Positions 18,271 to 28,103 of a DNA stretch of 64,000 bases are shown in pieces (the stretch's first letter is position 1; each line of letters starts with the position of its first letter). A model generated the notes under the pieces. It saw nothing but the letters and a program-made list of their open reading frames with translations. It had not been told where the DNA came from and made no database searches. The stretch is from a virus: the IMG/VR virus record IMGVR_UViG_3300020195_000020, positions 1 to 64,000 of that record; one strand, 5' to 3'. The translations under genes were made by a program, and so were the position numbers.

Positions 18271-18701
18271 TCCAATTTGGCACCAGCGTGATTCCAGGCA
18301 CGCATCAGAGCCCAATCTTCACGGCGCCGGAGCTGCATGCCGTCCGCAATCATTTCGCGGGCGTTCGCTACGAGAGCGAGATCTTGCTGGGGACCGGCGG
18401 CCGGCCGGTGGTTATCCCCATCATGCTGCATAGCCAACTGCAGACGGCAATCGCGCTCGAGGGCTTGCTGAAAACGCTCAACACCATGGTCGGAATGCAC
18501 GAGCTGCTGGAGATTCTCGAGGGTCCTTATGGCGGCGTGCCCATGGAGTTCCCGAACTGCACCTTCGAGGGATTCACCAAGGACGGCAGCGACGACGCCG
18601 GCCCGCTGGCGGATATGGTCGGGCTACTGGACGGCGTCACGCCGAGCTGGTGGATCAAGGGCATGCTGATGTTCCGGCAGCTATCGACCGAGGAGCTCTA
18701 G
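18267..18701 (+). CDS. Distal tail protein (putative)
   Basis: Coupled to the tape measure gene by ATGA overlap. Confidence 0.55.
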   Translation: MIQFGTSVIPGTHQSPIFTAPELHAVRNHFAGVRYESEILLGTGGRPVVIPIMLHSQLQTAIALEGLLKTLNTMVGMHELLEILEGPYGGVPMEFPNCTFEGFTKDGSDDAGPLADMVGLLDGVTPSWWIKGMLMFRQLSTEEL

Positions 18702-18702
18702 C

Positions 18703-20721
18703 ATGCCCGGGCTGTCGCGAGAGGGTGTGAAGGTCTCGGCCGTCGTCGGCGGCTATCGCTCGCGCGCTTTCAAGGTGCTAGACGTCGAAACCTCGTCCGG
18801 CGGTGACAAGCTGGACCACGCCGTGATCTTGTTCGATCTGGGCGATCCGGAGGTCAAACAATACGTCGCCAATATCGACCTGGCGAAGCTGATCTTCTCA
18901 GTGCCAGGCGCCAACCAGATCAACCTGCAAGGCATCGATATTTCGATCGTGGCCGAGATCAATGGCGAAGAGCAGGTTTGGCACTGGGGCAAGGCCACGA
19001 TGCAGGAGCTGGAGATCGGGCCGAACGAGTCGATCAAGCTGATCAGCCGGCTAGAGAATGCCCACTTCGGCCGGCCGACCGACTTCCGCCGGGTTTACAA
19101 CCGGGCGTCAGAGTCGCACGAGTACATCGACCACTACATCACGTTCAACCCCGACGTTAAAGGCGGGATCATCGGCAACCGCAATCCCAACCCAGGTTCG
19201 CGGCGGGATGGCATCTACCCGGTGTTTGTCGAGCCGGCCAGCATGAAGACGGCCAACGCCGCGGCCTATCACGGCGTCGACTGGCTCGACCCCAACGATC
19301 CGGCCAATGTTTTCGAGCGCGCGGAGCAAAACTGGAATCTGATCGAGGCGGTGCTCTACCTCTGCGGCGAGTGCAACCTCGGCCAGACCTATATCAAGAA
19401 CCCGACCGAAGACGAGCTCGGCTCTATTCTCGACTCGGACCGCACGATCCTGAAAAATCACATCATCCGGCCGGGCCTGCATCTGCCCGAGGCGCTGGAC
19501 CAGCTCCTGAACCCGTACGGCTATCACTGGCGGATCGACTACAAGAGCCTGACCGAGCGAAAGATCGTGGTTTTCCAGGCCGGCGTCGGCACCGAGCACC
19601 CGCTGCTATTGCAGGGCGTCGGCAGCTCGCTGATTCCCTCGCAATCCAACACGCTCAAGGTGAGCCTGGGCTATGACGCGTCGATGGCGATCAACCAGGT
19701 GCGCGCGACGGGTGGATTCACGGAGCTGGAGCATACCTGGGAGCTCAAGCCGGCCTGGTCCGCCAGCTTCGACGATTCCACGATCGACATGCTCAACACG
19801 GGCGCCCCCGACTGGGAAACCAGGCCCATCTACCACCGCATTTGGCGGGACTGGGTGCTGGACGAGGCCGGCGACTACGGCCGCGAGTGGGCCGGCATGC
19901 CCGCCAACGCCCCCAACCCACTGGTGAGTGCCGCTTTTATCACAGCGTTCGGCGCTGCCCATTCGATCGTCGTGCCCAAACGCCGCAAGTTCCTGCCCAT
20001 GCTGACCCGCGGCGACGACAACGTGCCGCTGGGCAAGGTCGGCGGCTGCGTCGTGGAATGGTTCAACCCCGACGAGGGCGAAGGCGGGTCGTGGGTGCCT
20101 CTCGACCCAAACCTGGAATTCTTCACCTGCCGGCTACTCGAGGACGAGTGCGGCATCCACTTCGCCGGCTCGGTCCCCCCGATCTTCCTGATGAACCTGG
20201 GCACGGCCGCGCGCGTGCGGATTACAGCGACGGTCCAGAGTGACTATCGGATCGCGGCGCTCGAGACGCGGAAGACGACCAGCGTCAACCCCGACGTCAA
20301 CGAGGCCACGCTGGACGTTTCGTCGCGGTTCCATGGCCGGCTGCTGCATCCGGAGAGCAAGTATTTCGGCGACGTCGCCGGCGGCACGCTGCGGGCGGAC
20401 ACCAGCGATGGCCGCGCGGCGCTCGAGGATTTTGTGGAGGCGGCCAGGCTGGCATTCGACCGGGCCCAATGCTCTGGCACGGCCGTGATAGCCGGCATCG
20501 ATTACCCGGAATACAAGGTCGGCGACCTGGTGCCAGAAGTTGTCGGCCGGGAGGTGCTGTTTGGGCTCAATCACTCGGCCAGCGAAGAGCGGCGATTCCC
20601 GCAAATCATGGGCATCGTGCGTGAGGTCCAGTCGCAGCGAACGATCATCACGTTGAACGAGTTCAAAGATACGACGGCCTGGGTGGCCAGTTTTCTCCGC
20701 AAGACCAAGCGACTCAAATGA
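18703..20721 (+). CDS. Baseplate hub/tail tip protein (putative)
   Basis: 672 aa with L.EALDQLL...GY.W, NQVRATG and C-terminal Y.VGD.V hub-like motifs. Confidence 0.65.
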   Translation: MPGLSREGVKVSAVVGGYRSRAFKVLDVETSSGGDKLDHAVILFDLGDPEVKQYVANIDLAKLIFSVPGANQINLQGIDISIVAEINGEEQVWHWGKATMQELEIGPNESIKLISRLENAHFGRPTDFRRVYNRASESHEYIDHYITFNPDVKGGIIGNRNPNPGSRRDGIYPVFVEPASMKTANAAAYHGVDWLDPNDPANVFERAEQNWNLIEAVLYLCGECNLGQTYIKNPTEDELGSILDSDRTILKNHIIRPGLHLPEALDQLLNPYGYHWRIDYKSLTERKIVVFQAGVGTEHPLLLQGVGSSLIPSQSNTLKVSLGYDASMAINQVRATGGFTELEHTWELKPAWSASFDDSTIDMLNTGAPDWETRPIYHRIWRDWVLDEAGDYGREWAGMPANAPNPLVSAAFITAFGAAHSIVVPKRRKFLPMLTRGDDNVPLGKVGGCVVEWFNPDEGEGGSWVPLDPNLEFFTCRLLEDECGIHFAGSVPPIFLMNLGTAARVRITATVQSDYRIAALETRKTTSVNPDVNEATLDVSSRFHGRLLHPESKYFGDVAGGTLRADTSDGRAALEDFVEAARLAFDRAQCSGTAVIAGIDYPEYKVGDLVPEVVGREVLFGLNHSASEERRFPQIMGIVREVQSQRTIITLNEFKDTTAWVASFLRKTKRLK

Positions 20722-23700
20722 CGATCGAACGGAATCCAGACCGTCCTGGTTCGAACAGCGCCCCGCTCGTGATGCGCTTTCGCCTGCAGGAAACCTTGCA
20801 ACCTGGTGCGGCCGCCACGGCCAAGATCCTCAAATACAGTCAAGCGGCCACCGACCTGGTGGAGCTCGCCAGCGCCAACGTCGGCCTGAGCGTGCATGCG
20901 ACGTTCTTTCGGGCGTTCGGGGCCGAGGGTGAGGACGGCTGGGCCATGTGGCATGGCGACAGCCAGCGGTGGGAAGTGGTCTCGATGGAGGGATCGCTAC
21001 TGCGCCACGGCACCGCGGCTGAGACGATCGCGGAGAACGCTACCGGCGACGTCGCCTTGTATTGGAACGACGGCGGCAGCGAGGCCAGCCTTGGCATCAC
21101 GGTCCCAGCTCGCAATATCGGGTCCGAGGTCGAAAACGGCACGAAGGTGCAAATCTGGTACGAGCCGCACGGCGAAAAGTGGTACGTGGCCAGCGGCTCC
21201 GGCTCTGGCGGGGCGATCGTGAGCGTCGAGAGCTCCAGTTTTGGCGAGACGACTTGCCTGCTGCCCGGCAAGGTGCAGTCGATCGAGGGCACGTTCACGG
21301 CCGCGTGCTCCAGCCCGTTTACTCCGGGCGAGGACTGTTGGCTGCTGGTGCTCAATTCCGATGGCGGCTCGATGGGTTTTCCCAAGAAGCCGTTGAACGT
21401 CGGCGAGCTCTATCAGGGCACCCTGGTGACAACGCTCTCGGGCGTGTCGGTCTACGCGATTCGCGACGGCGGCACGAGCGCCGCGAAGGCCTGGCACGCG
21501 CTGGCCGTGGACGCCGTAGATGCCGGCGATTCTGGCACGTTCTCGCGGGTCGATGCGTCGGAAGTCGTCGCCGAAAACTGGACCAACGACTCGGATATGG
21601 CGCCTTACGACAAGGTCGTCATCATCCAGGACCCGATCGATGGGCAGTATTACGCGTTCATGGGCGGTTCGTCAGCGACGGTCGACGTCAGCACCGGCGT
21701 CGACATCATCATCCCCGGAGACACCGGCGACCTGGAGCTTTCGACCACCGTCGTCGTCGAAGTCACGAACCCCACCGATCTGTCGATCTTCGCGAACAAT
21801 AGTGCGATCTCGTTCATGCTCGATGGCGAACGCGTTGTCGTTCCGCAGGGCACGCATATTTTCCACCTGGTCTGCCCAACGCCAGGCGTCGACGCCGGCG
21901 AGACAATTTCGGTAACGCTTCCCGATGGCCGCCCTGTCGACGCGGTGAACTGGACGGGTTACAAGATCGTCACAGAGCAAAAGATCTTTGTTGGTTTGGA
22001 TCGGTCGGACGGGATTTGGTACATCTGGCCGAGCACCGACCCGCGGGTCTGGAATCATTTCCTGACGGAGCTGCAAAACCCCCTGCTCTCCAGCGACGCA
22101 AACGCGAACGTCAAGCCTTCGATTCCGTCCTGGAAATACACCGAGGTGGGCGAGATACCCATCGCACCCTACGACGTGCTGAACCCGCTCGGCCTCTATG
22201 GCAATGCCGGCGACAAGTGCATCGTGGCCGAGCTGCCTGGCATCGCCGACGGAGCGCCGACGGAAACCCGCTGTCGCGTGACCGCGGTTTTCAACCAGCA
22301 CCGGATTTACCACTCTACGGCGAGCGACGCGATTGCCGCTGGCGAAGACGGAGCGGTCTTACTCTCAACCGGCGAAGAGGTGGTCGCGACCAATTGGTCC
22401 GATGACAGCGACATAAAGGCCGAGGCCAAGATCCTGGTTTATCAGGACCCGGCGAACGGAAAGTATTATGCCCAGAATCCCAGCGGCAAGCCGGTTCAGA
22501 TTAAGCGATTCGAGCTCCTTGAGGCGCTTCCGCTCGGCGGAGTTTCCGTGGCCAACTTTGTGGTCTACGAAGCGGGGGAATGGGTAACAACTGTTGAAGG
22601 TGGCATCGTGGCCGACTTCACCGGCAACAGCTTTCGCGGAAGCGTGGGCGATCGCGGCTGGTGCATCGCGATGCCGGACGACAATGACCAGTACGAGATT
22701 CTCTGGCTTCGGGGTGAATTCATAATAACGGAGTGTATTGCCGGCGGGCCAATTCGAGTGCGGGAAGTTGGTGAAATTGCGGCCATGGGGGACTCGCTGT
22801 TTGCGATAAACATCGGTGCCGATCCGATCGAGGTCGGCAACACAGCTCTCCTAATCGTCGACACATACACCAACGACCAGCTAGTTTTTCGCACCGGCAC
22901 GCCTTTGCTCATTCGCATGCAGGGCAGCGACTTCGCTCAGGGCCCGATAAATTCTTATTGCATTGGGGCCATCCAGGGTGTTGAGGCGGCGTCCTATAGC
23001 GGATCGGTCGCCGTTAGCGTCCAACCACCAAACGCGACTTTCACTGGGCTGACGCTGCCTAACCACGTCGGCAATCTCGAGGAAACTCCGGATACGAGCT
23101 ACGACATTGGTAGCGCCCAGCAGTTGCAGATTGTCCACGTCGTGTATGCCGGTGAGACGCCACCCACGCTAGGCGATATGTGGGGCCCCAAGCCAGGCGA
23201 CACCCGGCTCTACAAGGGGCACCCCGGCTACGTTGCCATCGGAGCGGATTCTGAGCTGTACTACGGTGTCAATGGCGCGGCCCACACCGCTACCTTTGAG
23301 AAACAGCCGGTCCAGCTCCTACTCGTCAAGCTGACGAGCCAGGCACTCAACAACGACGCGACTCAGGACTATACGATTCAGTGTGGTAGCCAGGGCGCCG
23401 AAGCCGACGGCGGCTGGCCCGATGTCCCGCCAGCTTATAACCGCAGCGGAAGAGTGCTTGCATCGGATGAAATGTGCGTCGCAATTCGGCTTCCGAGCGG
23501 CTGGGAATTGGTGCCGCTACTGGCCGGGTCCACTGCCCTGCGTGAGTATTGGGGCTTTCTGACAGCCAACATGCTGCGCAGCGATTCCACGGGCGCGGTC
23601 GACGGAGTTCTCGCTCTCGACGGTGGCAGCGACCCCGGCATCACGACCGTTACAAACCTGCTCGACCTGGCCGGCTTGGACAATGACCGCTGCCTGATCG

Positions 23701-23771
23701 GTGAGGATAAATCCAACCCCGAGGAGACGGTCTACTTCTTCAAGAACATCATGCACCACGACTGCGATTGA
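20718..23771 (+). CDS. Tail fibre/spike protein made of repeated ~55-70 aa beta modules
   Basis: 1017 aa, acidic, with repeated V.A.NW......KV....D..dG.YY modules. Confidence 0.7.
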   Translation: MTIERNPDRPGSNSAPLVMRFRLQETLQPGAAATAKILKYSQAATDLVELASANVGLSVHATFFRAFGAEGEDGWAMWHGDSQRWEVVSMEGSLLRHGTAAETIAENATGDVALYWNDGGSEASLGITVPARNIGSEVENGTKVQIWYEPHGEKWYVASGSGSGGAIVSVESSSFGETTCLLPGKVQSIEGTFTAACSSPFTPGEDCWLLVLNSDGGSMGFPKKPLNVGELYQGTLVTTLSGVSVYAIRDGGTSAAKAWHALAVDAVDAGDSGTFSRVDASEVVAENWTNDSDMAPYDKVVIIQDPIDGQYYAFMGGSSATVDVSTGVDIIIPGDTGDLELSTTVVVEVTNPTDLSIFANNSAISFMLDGERVVVPQGTHIFHLVCPTPGVDAGETISVTLPDGRPVDAVNWTGYKIVTEQKIFVGLDRSDGIWYIWPSTDPRVWNHFLTELQNPLLSSDANANVKPSIPSWKYTEVGEIPIAPYDVLNPLGLYGNAGDKCIVAELPGIADGAPTETRCRVTAVFNQHRIYHSTASDAIAAGEDGAVLLSTGEEVVATNWSDDSDIKAEAKILVYQDPANGKYYAQNPSGKPVQIKRFELLEALPLGGVSVANFVVYEAGEWVTTVEGGIVADFTGNSFRGSVGDRGWCIAMPDDNDQYEILWLRGEFIITECIAGGPIRVREVGEIAAMGDSLFAINIGADPIEVGNTALLIVDTYTNDQLVFRTGTPLLIRMQGSDFAQGPINSYCIGAIQGVEAASYSGSVAVSVQPPNATFTGLTLPNHVGNLEETPDTSYDIGSAQQLQIVHVVYAGETPPTLGDMWGPKPGDTRLYKGHPGYVAIGADSELYYGVNGAAHTATFEKQPVQLLLVKLTSQALNNDATQDYTIQCGSQGAEADGGWPDVPPAYNRSGRVLASDEMCVAIRLPSGWELVPLLAGSTALREYWGFLTANMLRSDSTGAVDGVLALDGGSDPGITTVTNLLDLAGLDNDRCLIGEDKSNPEETVYFFKNIMHHDCD

Positions 23772-23772
23772 G

Positions 23773-26223
23773 ATGGTCGATAAGCTCTACACACAGCATG
23801 ACCGCCTGGTCACGCCCAATGACCGCCTCACAGCCAGCTCAGTCTGTTGCTGCCCGAGTTGCATCATCTGCGAGGATTCCTTCGAGCGATCGAACAACAG
23901 CAACATCAACACCGGCGCGCCCATGATCTGGGCGGGCGGCACGAGCGACTTCACGATCAACGGCAATCGGCTGCGGACTGTCGTTAGTGGCGCGGCAGTT
24001 ACTGGCTGCTCGGGCGATCGCGTCACCGTCTCGATCAAGCGAACGAACTCTGGCGGCACCTACACCACGAGCCAGGCGAGTGTCAAACTCGGCTCGGTCA
24101 TTGCGACCATCACGTTCCCGTCCAGTGCCGGCGAGCCCGGACGGATTGCCATCACGGGCGGCGGCGTCAACGTAGGAACCGTCAACTACGTTGATGTCCC
24201 TGAGATTGTCAATGAGGCCCAGATCACACTCTGCGTGCGGCAGATTCGCCCCTACAACGACACCGAGATCGGCTTGCTGGGCGTTCACCTATACTCAGCC
24301 CATGGCAATAAGACCGTCTCGGGGTACATCGGCTCGACGGCGTTCGATCCCGACGCGGGCACCTATGGCACGTCTGGCCTCGGAACTGGCACGATCGACA
24401 CCACGCATAGCCAGATATTCTTCATCGACTTCAAGGTGCAGCACCTACGAGGCGCCGAAGGGGACGACTACGAGGCGTGCCCGCAGTGCCGCCCCCGGCC
24501 TTGCTACGCCAGCTCGGACGGCGGCTTCGACCCGCTGGGGACCACGAGCGAGGGCAAGTGGACAGTCCTCAGTGGAACCTGGCCAGGCGGTCCCATCTCC
24601 ACCGTCGCCTACTCAACGGTCCAGAGCGATGCCCTGAAGTTCGACGGCTACGCCAGGGGCGGGTTCATCGAGTGCACCGTTGCTCACTACTCGACCGACA
24701 CGAATACCCGCATCTATATGACGCGAGCTGGCGCCGGAAGCGCGCTATCCGCTGCCGACTACGTTGAGCTGGTTCCTCCGCGTGGGCACCAGCAGGGCTG
24801 CGTGCGGTTGATGCGGCAAGCCAGCGTACTCGCGGCCGTGCCGTGGGAAGATGTGGACTTCCCATCGGATATTTATTGCATCTACGGCGCCGGGGTTTGG
24901 TATGTCGCGGTATCGGGAGCCCCTGGCATTCTGATCGGTCCACTTAGTCTCCAGCCATTTGAGCCGGCCATCGGCGTCGGCGCGGCGCCTGTGTCTGGGG
25001 GCGGCATTGAGATTTACGGCGCTACGATCGGCCACACAGCCGAGGATGGCTATTCCTACTGCACGAGGCACACGGCGGCTTGCGCCGTCTATGACACGTC
25101 TGGGCTCCTTTGGACGGACGCCGCCGCCACGCTGCCCAACTGCCAATGGAACGTACTCAGCGGGAGCTGGTCTTGGGTCGACACAGACTCGACCGGCTAC
25201 GTGGCACCGACCACAACCAGCGCCAACGCCTATATCCAGCGGCAGCAGCCTTACCCCACACTCGCTGCTGGCGGTTGCTTTGAGGCTACGATCGGCTTCA
25301 GAAATGTGAGTGACATTGAGGACCTGTTTGGTGCGGGCCTCAAGTGGGGATGGGACGGTGGGAATAGCCGCGTCGTGGTCAGGTTCCAGGACCCTGACAC
25401 CTACCTCCCGCTCGCGCCGCGAGGTATGGAGTTGACGTGCGCCGGCAACAAGAGCGTGTATACAGCCGAGCTATGGCTAGGCGGCGCGAAGGTTGACGAG
25501 GTGGGACCCTTCAGCTTGTGCTGGGGCCTGGACTTCAGGATGAAAATCTGCCTGGGTCAGGGCGTGGTTCGGGTCTCGGATGCACAGAACGGAATCACGC
25601 TGTTCCGTCACGCCACGGATGACTTCGGCAGCGACCCATACTGGGGTGTTGGCGTGGAGGATATGCCAGCCGGCGTCAAGTTCCGCGTTGCTGTAATGTC
25701 CTTGAATCACACGCGCGATCAGCAGTTCGACTACCTTCCGTCAACGATGCCCAGCAACTGCGAGATGGCGTTCACCCCGTACATCATCGCAGGCAGTGTC
25801 TGCGCTGGCAGTGACAACCTGCCAACCATGCTGAAGATCGTCACTACAGGGATCACGTCCTTTGACCCCATGTCGTGTAGCTGCGACGACGCCAATGGTA
25901 TCTTCTTCCTGCTGCCGGACTACATCGCCACATACGCCGGCAGCGGTCAAGCCCGCTACAGCTTTCCGTTACCGCCCAATGACCCAGCGACTTGCACGCG
26001 AACGGAAGTGCAGCTCGTAGCCGTGATCGGCACGAACTTTGTCTACGCCGGCTTCGAGGGCGTGCTGGTGCCTGGGTTCGCTCAGGAGTGGCAGTACAAC
26101 GACTTCTCGACGCCACCCTACTCGTGCCTGGAGGACCTCGTTGACCTCAGCCTCCCTCCCATCAATTCAAGCGTTAGCTGTGACACCTCGTCCAGCACCC
26201 TCAAGGTAACGACGATCCGATGA
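23773..26223 (+). CDS. Cys-rich tail-tip/receptor-binding protein (putative)
   Basis: Start moved to ATG 23773. CCCPSC..C.D.F.R N-terminus and repeated W.VLSG.W lectin-like modules. Confidence 0.65.
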   Translation: MVDKLYTQHDRLVTPNDRLTASSVCCCPSCIICEDSFERSNNSNINTGAPMIWAGGTSDFTINGNRLRTVVSGAAVTGCSGDRVTVSIKRTNSGGTYTTSQASVKLGSVIATITFPSSAGEPGRIAITGGGVNVGTVNYVDVPEIVNEAQITLCVRQIRPYNDTEIGLLGVHLYSAHGNKTVSGYIGSTAFDPDAGTYGTSGLGTGTIDTTHSQIFFIDFKVQHLRGAEGDDYEACPQCRPRPCYASSDGGFDPLGTTSEGKWTVLSGTWPGGPISTVAYSTVQSDALKFDGYARGGFIECTVAHYSTDTNTRIYMTRAGAGSALSAADYVELVPPRGHQQGCVRLMRQASVLAAVPWEDVDFPSDIYCIYGAGVWYVAVSGAPGILIGPLSLQPFEPAIGVGAAPVSGGGIEIYGATIGHTAEDGYSYCTRHTAACAVYDTSGLLWTDAAATLPNCQWNVLSGSWSWVDTDSTGYVAPTTTSANAYIQRQQPYPTLAAGGCFEATIGFRNVSDIEDLFGAGLKWGWDGGNSRVVVRFQDPDTYLPLAPRGMELTCAGNKSVYTAELWLGGAKVDEVGPFSLCWGLDFRMKICLGQGVVRVSDAQNGITLFRHATDDFGSDPYWGVGVEDMPAGVKFRVAVMSLNHTRDQQFDYLPSTMPSNCEMAFTPYIIAGSVCAGSDNLPTMLKIVTTGITSFDPMSCSCDDANGIFFLLPDYIATYAGSGQARYSFPLPPNDPATCTRTEVQLVAVIGTNFVYAGFEGVLVPGFAQEWQYNDFSTPPYSCLEDLVDLSLPPINSSVSCDTSSSTLKVTTIR

Positions 26224-26636
26224 AGCGTTGCATCCCAGTAGTTGTCAACAAGCAACTCACCTGCCTCGGGTGCGGTATCCCGTTCTCGGGTCCGTTCGCC
26301 ATCTCCGAGGCCGAGATGATTGCGATCGGCAGCGACCTCAACAAGATTCACCGGCCGTGCGGTCACGTAGCTATATTGCGAGTTGCGCAGAGCGCCAACC
26401 TACACGCGGCGAATCAAGGGATCACGCAGTCGGCGCCACCGCAACCGAGAGTGGACTACGCCGGGTGCGTTCATCGCGGTGAGCCGTCGCGGCTAGAGGA
26501 ATGCCCGACCTGTAGCGGCAGGGTGCAGGTCAAGGTGTTTAAGTGCGCCGTCCACGGCGAGTGCCAGCTCGAAGCCAAGATCGGCGGCATCAACGTCTGC
26601 GGCAGTAGCTGCGAGCAGTTCAGTCCGCCGACCTAA
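26220..26636 (+). CDS. Small Cys-rich protein at the end of the tail operon
   Basis: CVHRG...ECPTC......VFKC.VHGEC........C..C pattern, ATGA overlap. Confidence 0.7.
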   Translation: MKRCIPVVVNKQLTCLGCGIPFSGPFAISEAEMIAIGSDLNKIHRPCGHVAILRVAQSANLHAANQGITQSAPPQPRVDYAGCVHRGEPSRLEECPTCSGRVQVKVFKCAVHGECQLEAKIGGINVCGSSCEQFSPPT

Positions 26637-26865
26637 ACTCGCAGCCGCAGACCTGACAGCGGTTCAGGTAGGTCGACGGGGCGACGCGGATCGAGGATGC
26701 CTCGCAGTATGGGCACGGCTTGCGAGAGAATTCCGGAACCGACGCGATGACGGGAGCGGACTTGGCCGCTGGCTCATCGCCCGGCAAACGAACGAACAGC
26801 ATCGCCGCCATCACGATTGCCGCGAAGGCTCCAACGATCCAGATTAGGGCCGCGCCAGGGTTCAT
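26620..26865 (-). CDS. Small membrane protein with a C-terminal Zn ribbon
   Basis: ATG overlaps the stop of the DUF1559 gene. N-terminal TM segment, CPYC...CQVC. Confidence 0.7.
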   Translation of the reverse strand: MNPGAALIWIVGAFAAIVMAAMLFVRLPGDEPAAKSAPVIASVPEFSRKPCPYCEASSIRVAPSTYLNRCQVCGCEFRSAD

Positions 26866-28037
26866 GGGATGTCGGTTTCGCTTGGTATGACTGTTGACCA
26901 TGGCGGGCCGCAGAGAGCCGGCATCCCGCTTTGACCAGCGTACATGGTTTCCGTCCCGTGACTCGACATGAGGATCGCGTAGATCGAGTACCTGATGTCC
27001 TCGCCGATAAACCTTACCGAGCCATCGGCATAGGCCACATTGAACCCGCCTGGATGGTTGCTCGCCGGCCGGGCGAACCACCACGCTTTAATATCGGCCG
27101 CAGTGACGGCACCAACTGCCGGCGGCAATATCGGCATGCGGTTGACTTGAATCGGCGGAAGATCAGGGCCAGCAGGGGGAACGCCCCAGAGCGCTCCCAG
27201 ACGCCACTCTTCGTCGCCGTAGTTGCGCCAGGTCATGTTCCAGTTTACCGTCACCGGGATGCCCAGCGTCTCGCCAATCTCGGCGCCGCGATTCTCAGCG
27301 AGCATGATCGTCCGGCTCACGCCATCCTGCCTGGTGAGCGTCGCCGGGTCCATTTTGACGAACGGCTTCTTGTTGCCCGCGGAGCCCGCGTATGCCTGAT
27401 TAAAGCAGAGCCCGTTCGCGGGCCAGTCGAGCGGGATTGATTGCGCGTTGTCCACGTCGGCCATCCCGGCGTTCGGGAAGTAGTTCATGGCCGGGCCTTG
27501 CAGCGTGGTTACGGAATCGCTGGGGCACAGCAGGACTTCGATCGGTCGGTTCGGCAGATTGCCCGTCATGCGATACTGCGTATAGATGTCGTTGCGCTCC
27601 ATATAAGGCAGCAGAGCCGGCACCCAACCAACGTACCCAGGTGTCGGCACGCCGGTCGGATTTTCACGGGCGTAGACCAACCCAGGAAAGTAGTCCTTGC
27701 TGGTGCAGACCTGGATCATCGCCATCGCGGTCTGCCGGATATTGTTCGTGCAGGTCGCGCGCCGGCCGGCCTCGCGGGCTCGTTGCACGGCCGGAATCAA
27801 CAGGCCCATCAGCATGGCGATAATGGCGATCACAACCAGCAACTCGACGAGGGTGAAGGCGCGCCGTTTCATTTTGTTACCTTGAATTGAAGTGCATGCC
27901 CGGCGAAGCGTTGCTCGCACCCAATTCGAGAGGTCCATGCCGGACTTCTCGGCTTCGGCAAGAAACGCTTGCTTCTCTTCCTTGGTCAGGCGCAGCTCGC
28001 AGCGTGCGGTGCGCTCAGGTCGAATCGTTGTGGCCAT
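26862..28037 (-). CDS. Ribbon-helix-helix domain fused in frame to a DUF1559 prepilin-type protein
   Basis: aa 1-55 are RHH-like (CELRLTKEEK..F...AE..GM.LSNWVR..L). Then KRRA|FTLVELLVVIAII..L.GLL.PAVQ.AREA.RR..C.NN.RQ and C-terminal HPGGFNVAYADG (H-X9-DG). Alternative start at 27872. Confidence 0.9.
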   Translation of the reverse strand: MATTIRPERTARCELRLTKEEKQAFLAEAEKSGMDLSNWVRATLRRACTSIQGNKMKRRAFTLVELLVVIAIIAMLMGLLIPAVQRAREAGRRATCTNNIRQTAMAMIQVCTSKDYFPGLVYARENPTGVPTPGYVGWVPALLPYMERNDIYTQYRMTGNLPNRPIEVLLCPSDSVTTLQGPAMNYFPNAGMADVDNAQSIPLDWPANGLCFNQAYAGSAGNKKPFVKMDPATLTRQDGVSRTIMLAENRGAEIGETLGIPVTVNWNMTWRNYGDEEWRLGALWGVPPAGPDLPPIQVNRMPILPPAVGAVTAADIKAWWFARPASNHPGGFNVAYADGSVRFIGEDIRYSIYAILMSSHGTETMYAGQSGMPALCGPPWSTVIPSETDIP

Positions 28038-28039
28038 GC

Positions 28040-28073
28040 CGTACAGTGTACGTACGACGCGAACTTGATACAA
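28040..28073 (-). promoter_or_regulatory. Leaderless-type sigma70 promoter with an overlapping palindromic operator
   Basis: TTGTAT-17-TACACT-7 nt-ATG. The palindrome CGTACA-N-TGTACG (28040-28052) covers the -10. Confidence 0.7.
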
Positions 28074-28103
28074 GCTGCACGCCCGATCAGTCGTAGCGTG
28101 CGC

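Noticed and set aside
20718-26223. Diversity-generating retroelement or invertible tail-fibre cassette
   Set aside because: No reverse transcriptase, no TR/VR nucleotide repeat pair and no invertase seen. The repeats are diverged and protein-level.
2706-26636. Gene transfer agent or contractile injection system
   Set aside because: A cos-type terminase, integrase and replication genes are present, and no sheath is recognisable.
26862-27872. DUF1559 gene as host DNA marking a prophage boundary
   Set aside because: Phage genes continue on both sides, and its coupled downstream gene overlaps the end of the tail operon.
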